From the human T2T-CHM13v2.0 reference genome, Homo sapiens, in NCBI RefSeq assembly GCF_009914755.1, contig NC_060927.1: DNA of 64,000 nt, one strand, 5' to 3'. This document shows positions 25,600 to 39,911 of the stretch, one piece after another. The stretch's first letter is position 1, and each line of letters starts with the position of its first letter. The notes beneath the pieces were generated by a model. The model worked only from the letters and a program-made list of their open reading frames with translations. It searched no databases and was not told where the DNA came from. The position numbers and the translations under genes were made by a program.

Positions 25600-26550
25600 A
25601 AAAGTCATTTCATTTCAAAGGTAGCCATTACATTTCAACAGCCAATAAACCAAATGACCAAATAGAACGATGTCTTCAAACCACCAGAGGAGGTGAGTGA
25701 GTGACAATTCTGGTTTGTCATTTCCTCTGAAGAGAAAGGATGTCGTTGATTTCTCTTGTTCAGCCACTTAGTTGTGAGTAAACATTATTTTTTAGAAAAT
25801 CAGTTTTCTCGGGTTTTCTCATCAACGAAGTATCTTACCCATAACAGTAGATAATTACCTAGCACATTTGTGAAAGTGGAGTCTATCTTCACGATAGAGA
25901 CGGTACTTAGATATGGATTAAGCCCAATTGGATTCACCGTCCGAGCTATCAAGAAATGGATATCATGAGACTTTTAATCTTGTATAAAACAAAAAGATTA
26001 AACTGTCAATATTATGATGAGCTGCCGTGACGAGTCCTGTGATACTCACTCTCAGAGCTGCTTCTAATGATATGTATGCAAGGCATAGATTTTTCCTGAT
26101 AATGCATGTAATTAGAGTACAGAACAAAATGTTCTGTTCAAATTCATGACATGCCCGACTAATAAAGGAAGAGAGAATAAGGCCCTTACTATTTATTTGC
26201 ATGAAAAAGCTTCAATACAGGATATACTTTAGAGAAATTAATTTTTAATCTAGGTGACTAGACGAGATTTTGACCCTGAACTGTTTTCTGAGTTGACTTG
26301 TGAGAATTTATGCAGAAATAAGACTGTGATGCTTACAAACCAGACAGGCATTGCTTTTTTCCCATTAATTCCTGAACGTCTTATATAGTCAAGAGAAGGA
26401 GAAAATTGGTCCTTTTAAAAGCTCACCTTATAAGAATTTCCTTCTATGAAACGTAATCAGCAAAAGCTGATAGGAATCTTAGCGGGAATGTATTCTTTTT
26501 AAATGTAGACATTTGAGAAGTTAGATACATTGATTCAGCGGTGATGATTC
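25600..26550. promoter_or_regulatory. Putative conserved enhancer-like element
   Basis: No recognisable repeat; ~16 CpG in ~880 AT-rich bp; octamer ATTTGCAT 26195-26202; several TAAT/GGATTA homeodomain cores. Confidence 0.35.
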
Positions 26551-26999
26551 TCCACTGACCCATATAAAACAGAAATCTTTAGTTGTATATTGTTATGAAT
26601 ATATTTGGGAGGCCTCTTGCTATCATTGTACCAGCTCTTCAGGGTGAATTATGGACCCTACCATCAGCACTTGAAAGAAAGCTTTATATCAACTCTTGTG
26701 TTTATTTTTCCATGATAAAGGTTAGTATCACATCTACTGGATAGATGCATGAAATTACTTTTAAGAGGTTTTTTGCCCCCTCATTTTTAAAAACAATGGC
26801 TGATATCAACAGTATCCAGGTAATGGATCATGTAACAGCAGTAATCTACACTTACAATGCAGTAGAAAGTGGCTAAGCATGAGATAAAAGGCAAAGGCCT
26901 CATATACGTTTCAGTACCACTTGACACACTAGTAAGTAAGAGCAGCTGTCATATTCCTCATGTAGATATGAAATATAAAAGCAGTCTGGCCCATGTTAG

Positions 27000-27740
27000 T
27001 AAAAGGCACCAAGATCCACTTGGATGCCCAAGCCAGAAAGAGAGGTCATCATTGCTTCCTCCCTTTATCTTTTCTTCCACTTCCAAGCCATCAACAACTT
27101 CTATCAATTTTCTCTTCCCACTTATATCACAGATTTGTCCCTTCTTTTTGGCCTTAGCCCGGCTCAGACTATCATTTCTGATTGCCTAGTCTTCTAAAAG
27201 TTGGTTTTGTTGTTGTTGTTATCTCTCCTCCTTGGCCTCCTCTAATCCATCTTCCACAAAGCACACAAATAATCAGATTATATTGATCTAGCTTAAAACC
27301 TTCAATGGCTTCCCCTTGCATTTAGAGTAAATCCAAATGCACTAAGCTCAGATCCTTACGATTTAGCCTCTTCTTCTGTGTCTCACATCATTTCCCATGG
27401 AGCCAACAACACCATAGCCATCATCTTCAGCCATCCTCATTTTCTTTCCTACTTCCAGGCATACTATTTCCTCTGCCTGGGTCATTCCTCACCCTGCCTC
27501 TTCCTCATATCTCAGCTAAAATAGCCTCTCTTCTTGGTTGTAGTATCTAGAGTAATCTTGCCCTACTTAGGAATTGCCTTTGTTGTGCTTATCAAAATCT
27601 GTAATTATTTTGGGAGTAAACCTCTTTATTTGTCCATCCTCCTATGACAATTAAGGTAGACACACTGTGTGTCTTGGTTGCTATCACATCAACATATCTA
27701 CAAGTCCTCCATCAAAATTGGCTGAATGAATACATGAACA
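27000..27740 (+). mobile_element. L2 3' region
   Basis: cccaagccagaaa, ctaatccatcttccaca, gcttaaaaccttcaatggcttcccc, tail gctgaatgaat. Confidence 0.8.
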
Positions 27741-27970
27741 AATTACAATAGCACTTTCATAGGGAGAGGCTGCTAAAATGTAGAGATGAAGATAAATTCC
27801 AGAGGAAGGAAACTGCCTGTCCTTGATTTGCTTTTATGTCCTGGAATCATAGATTTCCCCTACCAAAATATTAAATGTGCAATTATATATACTTTTCACA
27901 AAGAGAAAGGGGGGAGGAATGAATACTCTCATATATTGCAATCATAAAGCTTGCTTAAAGTATCTATTTT

Positions 27971-28339
<369 letters not shown>

Positions 28340-29496
28340 CTATCTCTTTTGGGCCACTTAAGTAACAAAGATACTAAAGTTGTTAACGAATCCCCAAGTG
28401 CTGCATTTATTGCCAAAGCACATGTACTCTGGTTATTTCCACTTGTGTCTATTCACTGTACAGAACAAGTGTAGCAGGCTTGTAAAGAAGTAAAAAAGTT
28501 CTTGGCTGACATTATTAAATCCTTTGTAAATCAAGGTACAAAAAGAGAGCTGAAGAAACTATGTTATAACAATATGTAAGAAAAATAAAAGATGTCATGG
28601 ACACATGTATGTTTTGAGCGGACAAAATATTTAACAATGTTGTTGTATTTTAAGTACTGTTTTCTTCTTATTATTTATTGCCCAAAGAAAATTCAAAAAG
28701 CAGGTAAAAAATAGTTAATGAACAAACTACAATTGTACTTACTGAACTGATGTAATTGTCAAAGGTATAAATTTTATCCCATATAATTTAAAATGTTAAA
28801 ATGTAGCAAATATAAACATATTAAGGAGTATAACAAGTAGTATGTACATTTTTAGAAAAAATGGTAAAAATAATATGAAAAGTTGATTTTGAAGACATAT
28901 ATCTAACTCCAATCATTATGAGTACATTGTTCTCTGCAATTAGGGATAATTTAAAGGCAATTTTCATAAACATGCCTAAAATGTGAGTATAATATTCATT
29001 TTCATATACCAGGGACAGGCACTGTCAAATGTAATTCATCCAGTCAAATAAATTAGTCTATCCATTTAAGGTTAGGCACTAGGGAGATTCTGACCTCATT
29101 GGGCAGAAGGGCTCATCCCTCAAGAAAACATTGCCTATCCCACATTGAAGGGATTCTGACCAACTCAGATGTAAAATAGTCTGGAAAGTCAGGCACAGAG
29201 GCATTGCCTCTATGGCTTACCCACTCGTGTAAGTCCCTAGCTGAGTGGACACGGTTATACAGGAACACACGTGAGGTCCATGAATTTGTGGGTCCATATG
29301 CATACCTGCATGTGCACACAGTTTTCTATAGCTAATGTGCTGGGGGTAATACAGTAATACTACAAAACTCAAGGCTCTTATAGCAAACGGGGGAGGTGGG
29401 AATCAGCAAGTTTACGTTTTTAAAATCAGAAAGATCTTTACTAATTGTCCCTCCAAAGGAAAGCGATAAAAAGTCAGCCTATGTCTTTAGCTCAGG

Positions 29497-29527
29497 CAAA
29501 CAAACAAACAAACAAACAAACAAAAAA
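29497..29527. repeat. (AAAC)n microsatellite
   Basis: caaacaaacaaacaaacaaacaaacaaaa. Confidence 0.9.
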
Positions 29528-29925
29528 CACTATAGACACAAAGATCTGGTGAAGAGAGACAGAAAGCTACAGGACCATGCAATCAGAGAAAGCCTTCTGC
29601 AAGGGAGTCACAGAAGTACCATCTTTTAAATATTAGGGGGGAAAATCCTTTTACTTAAAGGGCAAATCTCCACTTGATTCTAGAGTCCTTCCAGGGAAGT
29701 AGCAAGATTCGTGTTATTAGGAATTGGCTCTCCTAACACCTCTCAGGGTGGAACAAGCATGATAGACATTTAAAGGAGATTAGAACTCCTGGCCAAACGC
29801 TTTCAGCAGCTGCTAAGAGAGGAAAAGCAAAATACTACCGTCTTATTGTAATCACATATGCACACATACATGCACACAGACACATGTGCACACATACCCA
29901 TGCAGACATGCAAACACATGCCCAC

Positions 29926-30195
29926 TGTCTTAGTTAATTCAGGCTATTACAATAGAATACCACAGACTGAGTGACTTATAAGCAACAGAAACTTATTTCT
30001 CATAGTTCTGGAGGCTAGCAAGTCCAAGATCCAGTGACCAGCAGATTGAGTGTCTGGTGAGGGCTTGCTCCCTAGATGGTAGTCTTTTCACTGTAACTTC
30101 AGATGGCAGGAGAGGAAAGAGAGATATCTCTGGAGTCCCTTTTGTAACGATAGTAATGCCATTCATGATTATACTGAATTCATCCTCAAATCTCA
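29926..30195 (-). mobile_element. MLT1A/A0 LTR, truncated
   Basis: tgtcttagt...ataccacagactg...catagttctggaggct...agtccaagatc. Confidence 0.85.
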
Positions 30196-30229
30196 ATCCA
30201 CTTCACTGGCGCCTGTGGGAATCTGAATT

Positions 30230-30630
30230 GAGTAGATCCTAAGACAGTAATTCAAGTGCGTGTGATTGACTGAGGGGATGTTTTTGATAAAGGGAGCCAG
30301 GGAGCGGGGCAGAATAGGACCAAGCAAGAATGTGGGCTCAGCTGGAACCTCCATTCAGCTGGATCTCAAGAAAAGCTCTGAAGCATAAATTGCAGCACAG
30401 AGTTGTCCCACTTTGAAGCAAAGGGGTTGGCCTTTTGATCCCTGTGTTTGGCATTGGTTGTGGGCAACTCCCAGGTCTGGGAATAACCTTCTAGTTAAGA
30501 AAAACCTTCTTTGCTGAGAATTCTCTAGTGAACAAGATAAATGTCAGCTACTAGCAGCAAAACTCATAACAGCTGGGAGATAAGTGAGCTTTCCTAGTAA
30601 AGTAGATCTTGGCATCAAATACATCCACCA
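30230..30630 (-). mobile_element. ERVL LTR (LTR33/LTR41-like)
   Basis: gctctgaagcataaattgcagcacagagttgtcccac...cagctgggaga...catccacca. Confidence 0.6.
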
Positions 30631-32394
30631 TAGATATTCTAGTTATAGGGAGTCATTTGGACTACATAGACCATCCCCTATATGCAAAATTCGCTCATGG
30701 TCTCGATGTTTCACAGAGGCAGCATTTTTAATCTAACTGTTCTAAAAAGACAGTCTGGATGCATTACACAGTACGAACTCGGCCATAATAATGCCCTATA
30801 ATGTACATCTCTTAATTTACACACAACCTTTATGATCCAACCCTATTAAATCTAGCAAGTACTTACTGATCACTTACTATCTGCAAATCATGATAAGATA
30901 TATCACTTGATTTTTCAAGCATCCTGCAGGCATAAGCAGACTAGGTGTTCTTAGCTTCTCACAAAACAAATTAGAGGACACAAAGTAGACCAAATTCAAC
31001 TCCTTTAAATAGAGTTGAAAGCCACAAAGGGGTTAATTTACTTTCCCAAAGTCACAAAGGTGAAATATGGATAAATGAGAACCTTAAAACTGTCTTTTGG
31101 ATGCTTTTTCTGTTTTTGAATAAGTATTCAAACTAAAGTATTCATAAGCAGGCATTTATAAATAATAAATATGACATGGTCCCAGAAGGATAAAAAAGAA
31201 ATTTATCCAGCAATCAAATAATTATAGTCTCAGGAAGTTATAAAGATAGTGCAGAGAGCTCTCCCCACCCAGTTTACATAATTATAATAACAAGATAAGA
31301 AAATTGACACTGGTAAAAGGTGTGTGTACAGTTCTATGCCGTTTTATCTCGTGTGGATTTGTGAAACCACTGCCAAATAGACCTCCCTGTGCCAGTTCCT
31401 TATAGTCACACTTAGTCACAGCTCTCACCACCCCTGACACCTGGAAAACAATAATCTGTTCTCTATCTTTACAATTTTGTCATTTTCTGAATCTTACATA
31501 AATGGAATCATACAATACATGACCTATCAAGAAGGGCCTTTATCACCCAGCATGACATCCTTGAGTTTTATCCAAGGTGTTGCATTTATCAATACTTCAC
31601 ACCTTTTTATTGCTGGGTGGTATTCCATGATATGGATGTACAGCACTTTGTTCAACCATTCACCTACGGGGGGACATTTTATTTGTTTCATCGATTTTAT
31701 CTATTGTTTTTAATTTCATTAATTTCTGGCTTATAGTTAATATTTCCTTTCTTCCGCTTGCTTTGAGTTTAACTTGCCCATATTTTTCTAGTTCCCTGGG
31801 ATGGGAGAATACTGATTTGAGGCACTTCATCTTTTCTAATTCCATGGATTGATCAGAAGTATGTTGTATAGTTTCCAAGAGCTTGAAGATTTTTCTACTT
31901 TTCTAATATTAATCTCTAGTCTGAGAACACATTTCTATGATTTCAATTATTTTAAATTTGTTGAGGCTTGTTTTATGGCCCAGATTATGGGTCTATGTTC
32001 TGTGAGTGCTTGAACAGATTGTGTAGTCTGCTGTAATTGGGTGGAACATTCTATATGTATTGATAAGATCCTGTTGGTTGATGGCATTGATGATACATCC
32101 TTGATGATTTTCTGTACAATCGTTTTATCAATTGTTGCGAGAGTGGTGTTGACATCTGCAACTATAATTGTGGGTTTGTCTATTTTTCTCTCAGTTCTGT
32201 CAGTTTTTGTTTCACCTGTTTTGTGATTGTATTGTTTGATGCATGCACATTTAATATCCTCATGTCTTCTTGGTGAACTGACATTTTTAACATAAATGTC
32301 TCTCTTTGTCCTTGGTAATTGTCTTTGGTTCAAAGTCTAATTTATCTGATATTAATATAATTACTTCTGGTTTATTTTTCTTGTCTTTCTTTTT

Positions 32395-33582
32395 TTTTTA
32401 CTTTAAAATAACATCTTTATTGGTATGTAATTCATATGCATAAATTTCACCCTGTCAACATCTACAATTAAGTGGTTTTCAGTATAATCAGGGATTTGTA
32501 CAACCATCACCACTATCTAATTTTAGGACAATTTAATCATCAAAAAGAAACACCACAACCATTCAGTCACTCTTCCTCTCTCCATCTAGTCCCTGGCAAT
32601 TACTAACCTACATTTTTCTCTATGAATTTGTGTATTCTAGGCATTTCATGGAATTACATAACACATGGACTTTTGTGACCTTTTTCACCTAGCATAATGT
32701 GTTCAAGATTCTCCATGTTGAAGCATGCATCAATATTTCATTCCTTTTTGTGGCCGAATAACATTTTATTCTGTGTATATACCACATTTTACTTATTCAT
32801 TCATCACTTCTCAGATATTTGGGTTGTTTGCACCTTTTGGTTATTTTGGATAATGCTACAATAAAAGTTAATGTGAAAGTTTTTGTGTACGCACATATGT
32901 TCAGATTTCTTTAGGGTGTATACCTAGAATAGGGGAACTGTTGGATCATATGGTAACCCTGTGTTTATCATTTTGAGGATATGCCAAACTGTTTTCCAAA
33001 GTGGTTTCACCATTTTACAATTCCATCAACAATGTATGAAGGTTCTCATTTTCTGCATCCTCACCAACACTAGTTATTGTCTTTTTGACTTAGCTATCTT
33101 AGTGGGTATTAAATGGAACTTATTGTAGATTTGATTTGCACTTTTTGAATGACTAACAACATTGAATATCTTTTTTTGGTGTTTACTGGCCAATGGCATA
33201 TCCTCTTTGAATAAATGTTTACTCATATCTTTTGCATATTTTTAAATTGGGTTATTTGTTGAGTGGTAAGAGCCCTTTACACATTCTGTATAAAATCCCT
33301 TACCACAGACATGATTTGCAAATATTTTTTCCCATTCTGTGGATTGTGTTTTCACTTTCCTGCTGGTGTCATTTGAAACATGAAAGTTTTAAATTTTGAC
33401 CACGTCCAATTTACCTTTTTGTTCTTTTGTTGCTTTTATGTTTGCTTTGTTGTCATATTTAGGAAATCATTGCCTAATTCAAGGTCACAAAGATTCACTC
33501 CTATGCTGTCTTCTAAGAGTTTTATATTTTAGTTCTTAAATTTAGGGCCACAATCCATTCTGAGTTAATTTTCTGTATGGTA
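32395..33582 (-). mobile_element. L1MB (MB7/8-like) 3' part nested in the older L1M
   Basis: T-tail at ~32390, gtacaaccatcaccactatctaatttt, ccaaactgttttccaaagtgg, aaggtcacaaagatt. Confidence 0.85.
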
Positions 33583-34789
33583 TTGTTGATGTTTGCCTGG
33601 AAATTTCCATTCATCCTTTTACTTTCAAACTATTTATATAATAATTTCAGTGAGTTTCTTATAGATGGAATATAGATGGGTCATCTGGCAATTTTTGTCT
33701 TAATTGCTCTACTTAGACCATTTATATTTAATGTAATTATTGACATATTAGAACATAAGTCTACCATTTTATGTTTTGTTTCTGTTTTTTTTAATCTTTT
33801 TTATTTCTCTGCTTTCTTTTTCCTCTATTTCTAGGGGTTACTTGAACATCTTTTAGAATTTATTTTGATTTATCTGTAATGTTTTTTGAGCATATTTCTT
33901 TATATGTATAGCTCTTTTAGTGATTTCTCTAGGTATTGCATTATATATACATATAACTTATCACAGTCTACTGGTATCCTCATTTCACCAGTTTGAATCA
34001 AGTATAGAAATCTTACCTTCCTTTACATCTCATTACACTTTTCCATTTAGGAAATAATTGCCTTAAATATATCTATCCTCTACATACATTGAGATCCCCA
34101 TTAGATATTATTACAATTTTTGGTTCATTTGTCAAAACACATTTGGAAAATGCAAGAAGAGAGGGAAAGTCTACTATGTTTTGTTCTTTCCATTGCTCCC
34201 TCTTCCTTTCTGATGGTCCAAGATTTTTTCTTTTATCCTTTTTTTTTTTTTCAGAGAACTTTCTTCAGCCATAGATTAGGTCTACTGACAAAACTTCTCT
34301 TTATTTTCAATTTTCTAAGAATATTTTCATTTCTTATTAATTTTTGAAGGATATTTTCATTGGATAAAAGATTCTGGGTGGACATTTTTTTGCAGCACTT
34401 CAAAAAAATGTTGTGACACTTCCTTCTGGCGTCCATGATTTCTGATGAGACAGCTGCTGTCAACTAAATTTTTTATCCTATAATTAATGCATCATTTCTT
34501 TCTGACTGCTTTCAAGACTTTCTTTGTCTTTTGCTTTCAGAAGTTTGACTATCATGTGCTTTGGCAACAATTTTTTTGCATTTATTCTGCTTGGGACTTG
34601 TTCAGCTTCTTGAACCTATAGGTGTATACCTTTTGGCAAATTTGAAATATTTTCAGCTGTCATTTCTTTGAATACTTTCCTGTCATCCTCTTTCACCCCT
34701 CATCTTGGACTCCAAGGCCATGAATGTTAGATTTAAAAAAAATAGTTCCCCTGTCTCTGAATATAACTCCTATTTGTATAACTCTATCA

Positions 34790-34982
34790 TAGGTATGTGT
34801 ACATATCCATAATATGCATATGCATATGTATATGTACATTATCATGTATATATTTAATACATGTAATTGGAAAATAAACATATATAACTTACTAATTTAA
34901 CATATATGTATAATACATTAATAAAAATATATGATACAAATAATATATGTAATCTGATAGAGAGAGAGTGAGAGAGAGAGAG
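34790..34982. repeat. Degenerate (TA/TG)-rich plus (GA)n simple repeat
   Basis: atatgcatatgcatatgtatatgtac...gagagagagtgagagagag. Confidence 0.8.
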
Positions 34983-35351
34983 TTTATTTTCTCCTTTGTT
35001 TAAAGTTGGAATTTCTATTACTCTATATTCAGGTTCACTGATTCTTTTTTCTGTCCTCTCCATTCTACTGTTAAGTGAATTCATTTAATTTTCTTATTTC
35101 TGTTCTAAAGTTTCCATTTGATACTTCTTTGTATCTTTTTATCTTTGAAGAGACTTTTCATTTTTCATGTTTCAAGTTTATTCTGAATGAAACATTTTTA
35201 TGATTGCTGCTTAAAATATTTGTCAGATAATTTTCACATCTTTGTCAACTTGGTGTTGGTGTCTATTTATTGTCTTTTCTCATTGAAGTTGGGATCTTCC
35301 TGGTTCTTCTTGTGATGGATAATTATTTTTTATTAAAACCTGAACATCTTG

Positions 35352-35588
<237 letters not shown>

Positions 35589-36599
35589 TCAGGAAAGTGG
35601 ATGCTCCCTACCAAGTAGGGGGTAGAAATTCAGATTCTTGACTATTCTTCTGTTGTAAGTTGGTGGTGAAGGGCTCCTCACCACCCCAGTGGCAAAAAAG
35701 AGAGGCATCTCTTTATCACCAGGTCAGGACAGGGATACCATTTTATCTGTGGTGTGTGGCTGAAGCAGAGAAGTTATTGTCTAAAGGGTTTTTTCTTTTT
35801 TTGTTTTGCATGGCTTCCCCTTTCCTAGTCCTTTGGCTGGAAAGAGTGGGCTTTTGTTAGGGCATGTTTTGTTTCAACCATTGGCATTTCTGGATTGCTG
35901 ACTCCAGGCAAAAAGAAAACTTGGAGGAACTCACCACCATGTCATTTTTGGTTCCAAGGTCCCTCGCTATCTGGGTTTCCTTCTTTTTTTCTCACCTTTT
36001 AGAGTCTTCTTATGTTGGTTTAACTATACTATCCAGGGTTTTTAGCTGTCCTTACTGAGAGAAATAGGAAAAAGTACATCTATTTAATCTTTCTAAAAGC
36101 AGAAGCTCTCATCCAGCAAACTTTTAGAAACCCTGTTGTTCAAGTCTGCGTTGGTCGATTTGAGTGTGATTGATGATTCTTCTATGGTCTCACTGGAGTG
36201 TCCACTGCCCTTGCTCTCAGTTCCTCTTCCTGCCAGTGGTTAAAGTTATTTTACCGGTACGATGCCTTGTAATAAGAAATGTTAACCTGCTGTGTGGAGA
36301 GCTGAACCCAGCTTTTGCCTAGAGATTTCTGCCAAAATTAGAAGCTAATTACAGACTTTAAGAATTCCTTTTTGTTGTTGTTATTGTTGTTCTCAAACTC
36401 CTACAAGCTTTTGCTTTACTTCTCAGTTTAGTCTTGAGTATTTTATGGCTGGTCAGTTATTTTGTAATTCTTAGAGTGGCAAAACTATGCTAATCTTTCA
36501 CAAAATCTACATGGCTAATATTACCATATTCAATGATATTAAATATAAGCCATATATAACACCCAAGAAGAAGCACCACAAGTCTATGATTGGTTAGGC

Positions 36600-37015
36600 A
36601 GTGTATCAGTAGATTCCGACATAAAACAGAGAGCATATTCAAATTAGGATATTTAGAGGAGGGTTTATTTTACAGAAACAACTTACCAAAAAAAAAAAAT
36701 AATAATAAAAAGAGACAGAAAACTATTTATAAAAGTGATACTGTAAGGATAAGGGAGAATGTATATACACCACCAAAAAGGAGAGAGTCACACCGAAAAG
36801 TCAGTTTTGAGATCAGTTTAGAGAAAATGCAGGCCAAGGCAGTGTCAGAGGGATAAAAAAATATACATCTGGACCTCTCTTTTGTTTCTCCCTCCAGTCT
36901 CCTCCAGGGGCTCCCAATGGTTGAACTCAAAAGGAAGCCATAGGATGAGGAAGCCCATGTTAGCCTCTTGGGACAGAAAGTCAGCTTAAAAGGGGGCCTG
37001 TGGAATATATTCAGC
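36600..37015 (-). mobile_element. Ancient LTR remnant (LTR78/79-like)
   Basis: catattcaaattaggatatttagaggagggtttattt; ccctccagtctcctccaggggctcccaatgg. Confidence 0.45.
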
Positions 37016-38104
37016 CTAGATGGTTTATTTGTTAATATTCAAGTGTAAATCTGAGCAGATTAGTTAGGTGGTGTGCTGAGGGACAGTTAGAGTCAAGAAT
37101 TTAAACTTTGAATCTTATAAAATACTCAGACCAATATTAGGAATTTGAGTAAGTGGAAAGCTATAACTTGCTTAAAAATTAATGCATGTGAAATACCGAT
37201 GATGGCTTTTAGCTAGAGTCCCTATAACCAAAATATGGGGTAACCTGGGCTCAGGGTTTCTAGTTTTTCCTTGATGAATTTACTTGGGAAGTTAATCATG
37301 AGTGTTAGGCAGAAATTACTGAATAACTTTTCAAATCTTCCAGTTTCTCCTGTCTATCTTCTGCCATGATTTCTGGCACTTAATACCTATCCCATGTTCA
37401 GGGAATTACAAGAAAAGGCTGAAAAAGTAGTAAGAAGGTAGTACATGACTGTTTTTCTTTCCTACACTCTCACAAATTTCAGCTTAGTAATTGAGTGATA
37501 CAATCTCCAGTATTAGCACCGAAATATTATTTTTATTCCCCTAATATAATGCATAATTAGAAGATCCTTTTCATAGGAGATGCTTTCATTTTTAGCATCT
37601 TTGAGCTTAAAGAAGTATGGAACCAACTTTGGAAGCAGTCTGGCTATAGCTTTAGTATGCAAATGGTATTTCATCTGCAATTACCACAAGCCTTGAGATA
37701 CAGGAAATATCTCAAACCTGGTGATCCATGACTGATATTAATGCCAATACCTTCCCATGGAATCCTATAAAGGTGAATGCAGAGCAAATAGGAAATGGAA
37801 AAAGAAGATGGATTGGTGATTGCAAACAAAGGCAATTGACTATAGACCCTCTGTCTTCTTAGAGGATGCACCAAAGCCAACATACTTCATGAGATAATGT
37901 GTTCTGGAGTGGAAAGTGAGGAGGACAATGGGAAGAAATTATAGCCCAGGGGACTGCTTTTAAAGCAAATGAAACCTCTAGAAATCCAGAGGTAGAAGAA
38001 GGTCATTCAATCCCACCTGTTACCACTTTGACAATTGCGAGAGCAGAGAAAAGGAACAAGCTTTTGAAAAAGTTGTGAACAATCTATTGAAAAAATGGGG
38101 TCAT

Positions 38105-38451
38105 GTCCTGTGCTGCATGAAGACGTTTCAGTCAGTGACAGGCCACACATATGAGAATGATCTCATAAAATTATAATACTGTGTTTTTACCATACCTTTT
38201 CTATGGCTAGATATATTCATATATACAAATACTTACCATTGTGTTACAATTGCCTACGGTATTTAGTACAGCCACATGCTGTACAGGTTTGTAGCCTACG
38301 AGTAATAGCCTACACCATCTAGCCTAAGTGTGTAGTAAGCTATACCATCTGGTTTGTGTAACTTTATGCAATGATGTTGGCACGATGACAAAGTCACCTA
38401 ACGATGCATATCTCCGACTGTATACCCATTGTTAAGTGTTGCTTGTCTGTA
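38105..38451. mobile_element. Tigger3a (MER7A)-like
   Basis: caaatacttaccattgtgttacaattgcctac...tgctgtacaggtttgtagcct...ctgta end. Confidence 0.88.
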
Positions 38452-38459
38452 CTCAAAAG

Positions 38460-38812
38460 TACACATGCTTCTCGAATTACAGTGAAGTTACATCCCAATG
38501 AACCCATCATAAAATATCATAAGTTGAAAAAGCATTTAATACTCCTAACCTACCAAACATCATAGCTTAGCCTAGCCTACCTTAAACATTCTCAGAACAC
38601 TTACATTAGCCTACAGTTGGACAAAACCATCTGGCAACACAGTACAATGTACAGTATTGGTTGTTTATACTTGTGATCACCTGAGGCTCTCTGCTGCTGC
38701 CCAGCATTATAAAGAGAGTATTTTACTACTTTCTACTGAACGTGTATTGCCTTAGCACCATCATAGAGCCGAAAAATCTTAAGTTGGACCATGGTAAGTC
38801 TGGACTATCTGT
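38460..38812. mobile_element. Tigger4b (MER46B)-like
   Basis: catcatagcttagcctagcctaccttaaac...cacttacattagcctacagttgg; TA at both ends. Confidence 0.88.
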
Positions 38813-39811
38813 ACTGATTTCGAGACAATTTTCTACGTTGTTGAGGAGGACATAGAAACTATTAACATCTTTTAGTAGATATGAAACCATACATTGTCAT
38901 ATCAAATTAGCTATGCTTATAATTACCTCAGGTTAAATTATTCCATTTCCAGTGCTAGATTTTCTCATTATAGAATTGTTACAAGTAAGAAAAGACAGAT
39001 GGTACTTCACTCTTATTTTCACTTATTCTAGTTTTTGGTATTGTTTAACTTGCTTCTTTACCGGTGGATAGAGTACACTACTGTATATTTTTATATTGAA
39101 AATGTATACATATTTTAAATGAGACATGGCAGTAAAACTTTTGAAGGTTTTATGGTTTCCCATGAGTTTGTGGTTCCTTTAACAACTAGTGGCAGAAGAC
39201 TTGGGGGAAGGGAGGAAGTGTCAAACAAATTGTTCTGGCCCTTTCCCTAACATCGAATGTGAAAAAGAGAGTCAATAAGGAGTTTTGATGTTAGGAGTTC
39301 TTTTTTCTTTTCATCTTCCCTCCCCATTTTCAGTGAGTACGTTAAGGATGATTAAATTAAAATTTAAAAAATACTGACTCACAAGTACCTGTTACCGACC
39401 TTACCCAAAATGTCATAGAAGTACTTATCAAAAAGAGAAAACCTACGCACTTAACCAAATGGGAATTTATGTTAAATAACTAACACCGAATGATTTGGGT
39501 TTAGACTTTGCAGCTTGAAGGAGTCCTTGAACTGCTGTACTCACAATGTGATAAATAAATATTTACTTAAAAATATTTCTACTCAAGTAGAAAATATCAG
39601 TCTCAGGGATGATAAAAATAATTTTTAATATAGCAGGTTATGTTTGGCAAGCTAATGGAAACAGTACTTATTTGAAACAATTAACATATCAAAAATCATT
39701 GCCCTTCACTATGTGAAACTGATCTACAAATTCAATGTTAATAGAGGTAGGTGATCCCAGTCAGGAATTCCCAACCAGTGTGCCCTGAATGGATTAAAAG
39801 TACCCAGGGAT

Positions 39812-39911
39812 CCAGCTACTCTAGAAGCTGAGGCAGGAGGATCATTTGAGGTCACGAGCTTGAGAGCAGCCTGGGCAACATAGACTCTATCTCTCAAAAA
39901 ATTAAAAAAAT
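39812..39911 (+). mobile_element. 5'-truncated FLAM/FAM monomer inside a hAT-like remnant (~39762-40040)
   Basis: TSD aaagtacccagggat / aaagtatgcagggat. Confidence 0.8.

Noticed and set aside
34442-34465. CTGATGA plus GACAG/CTGTC stem resembling a hammerhead core
   Set aside because: No GAAA or stems I/III; lies in L1 ORF1-derived sequence.
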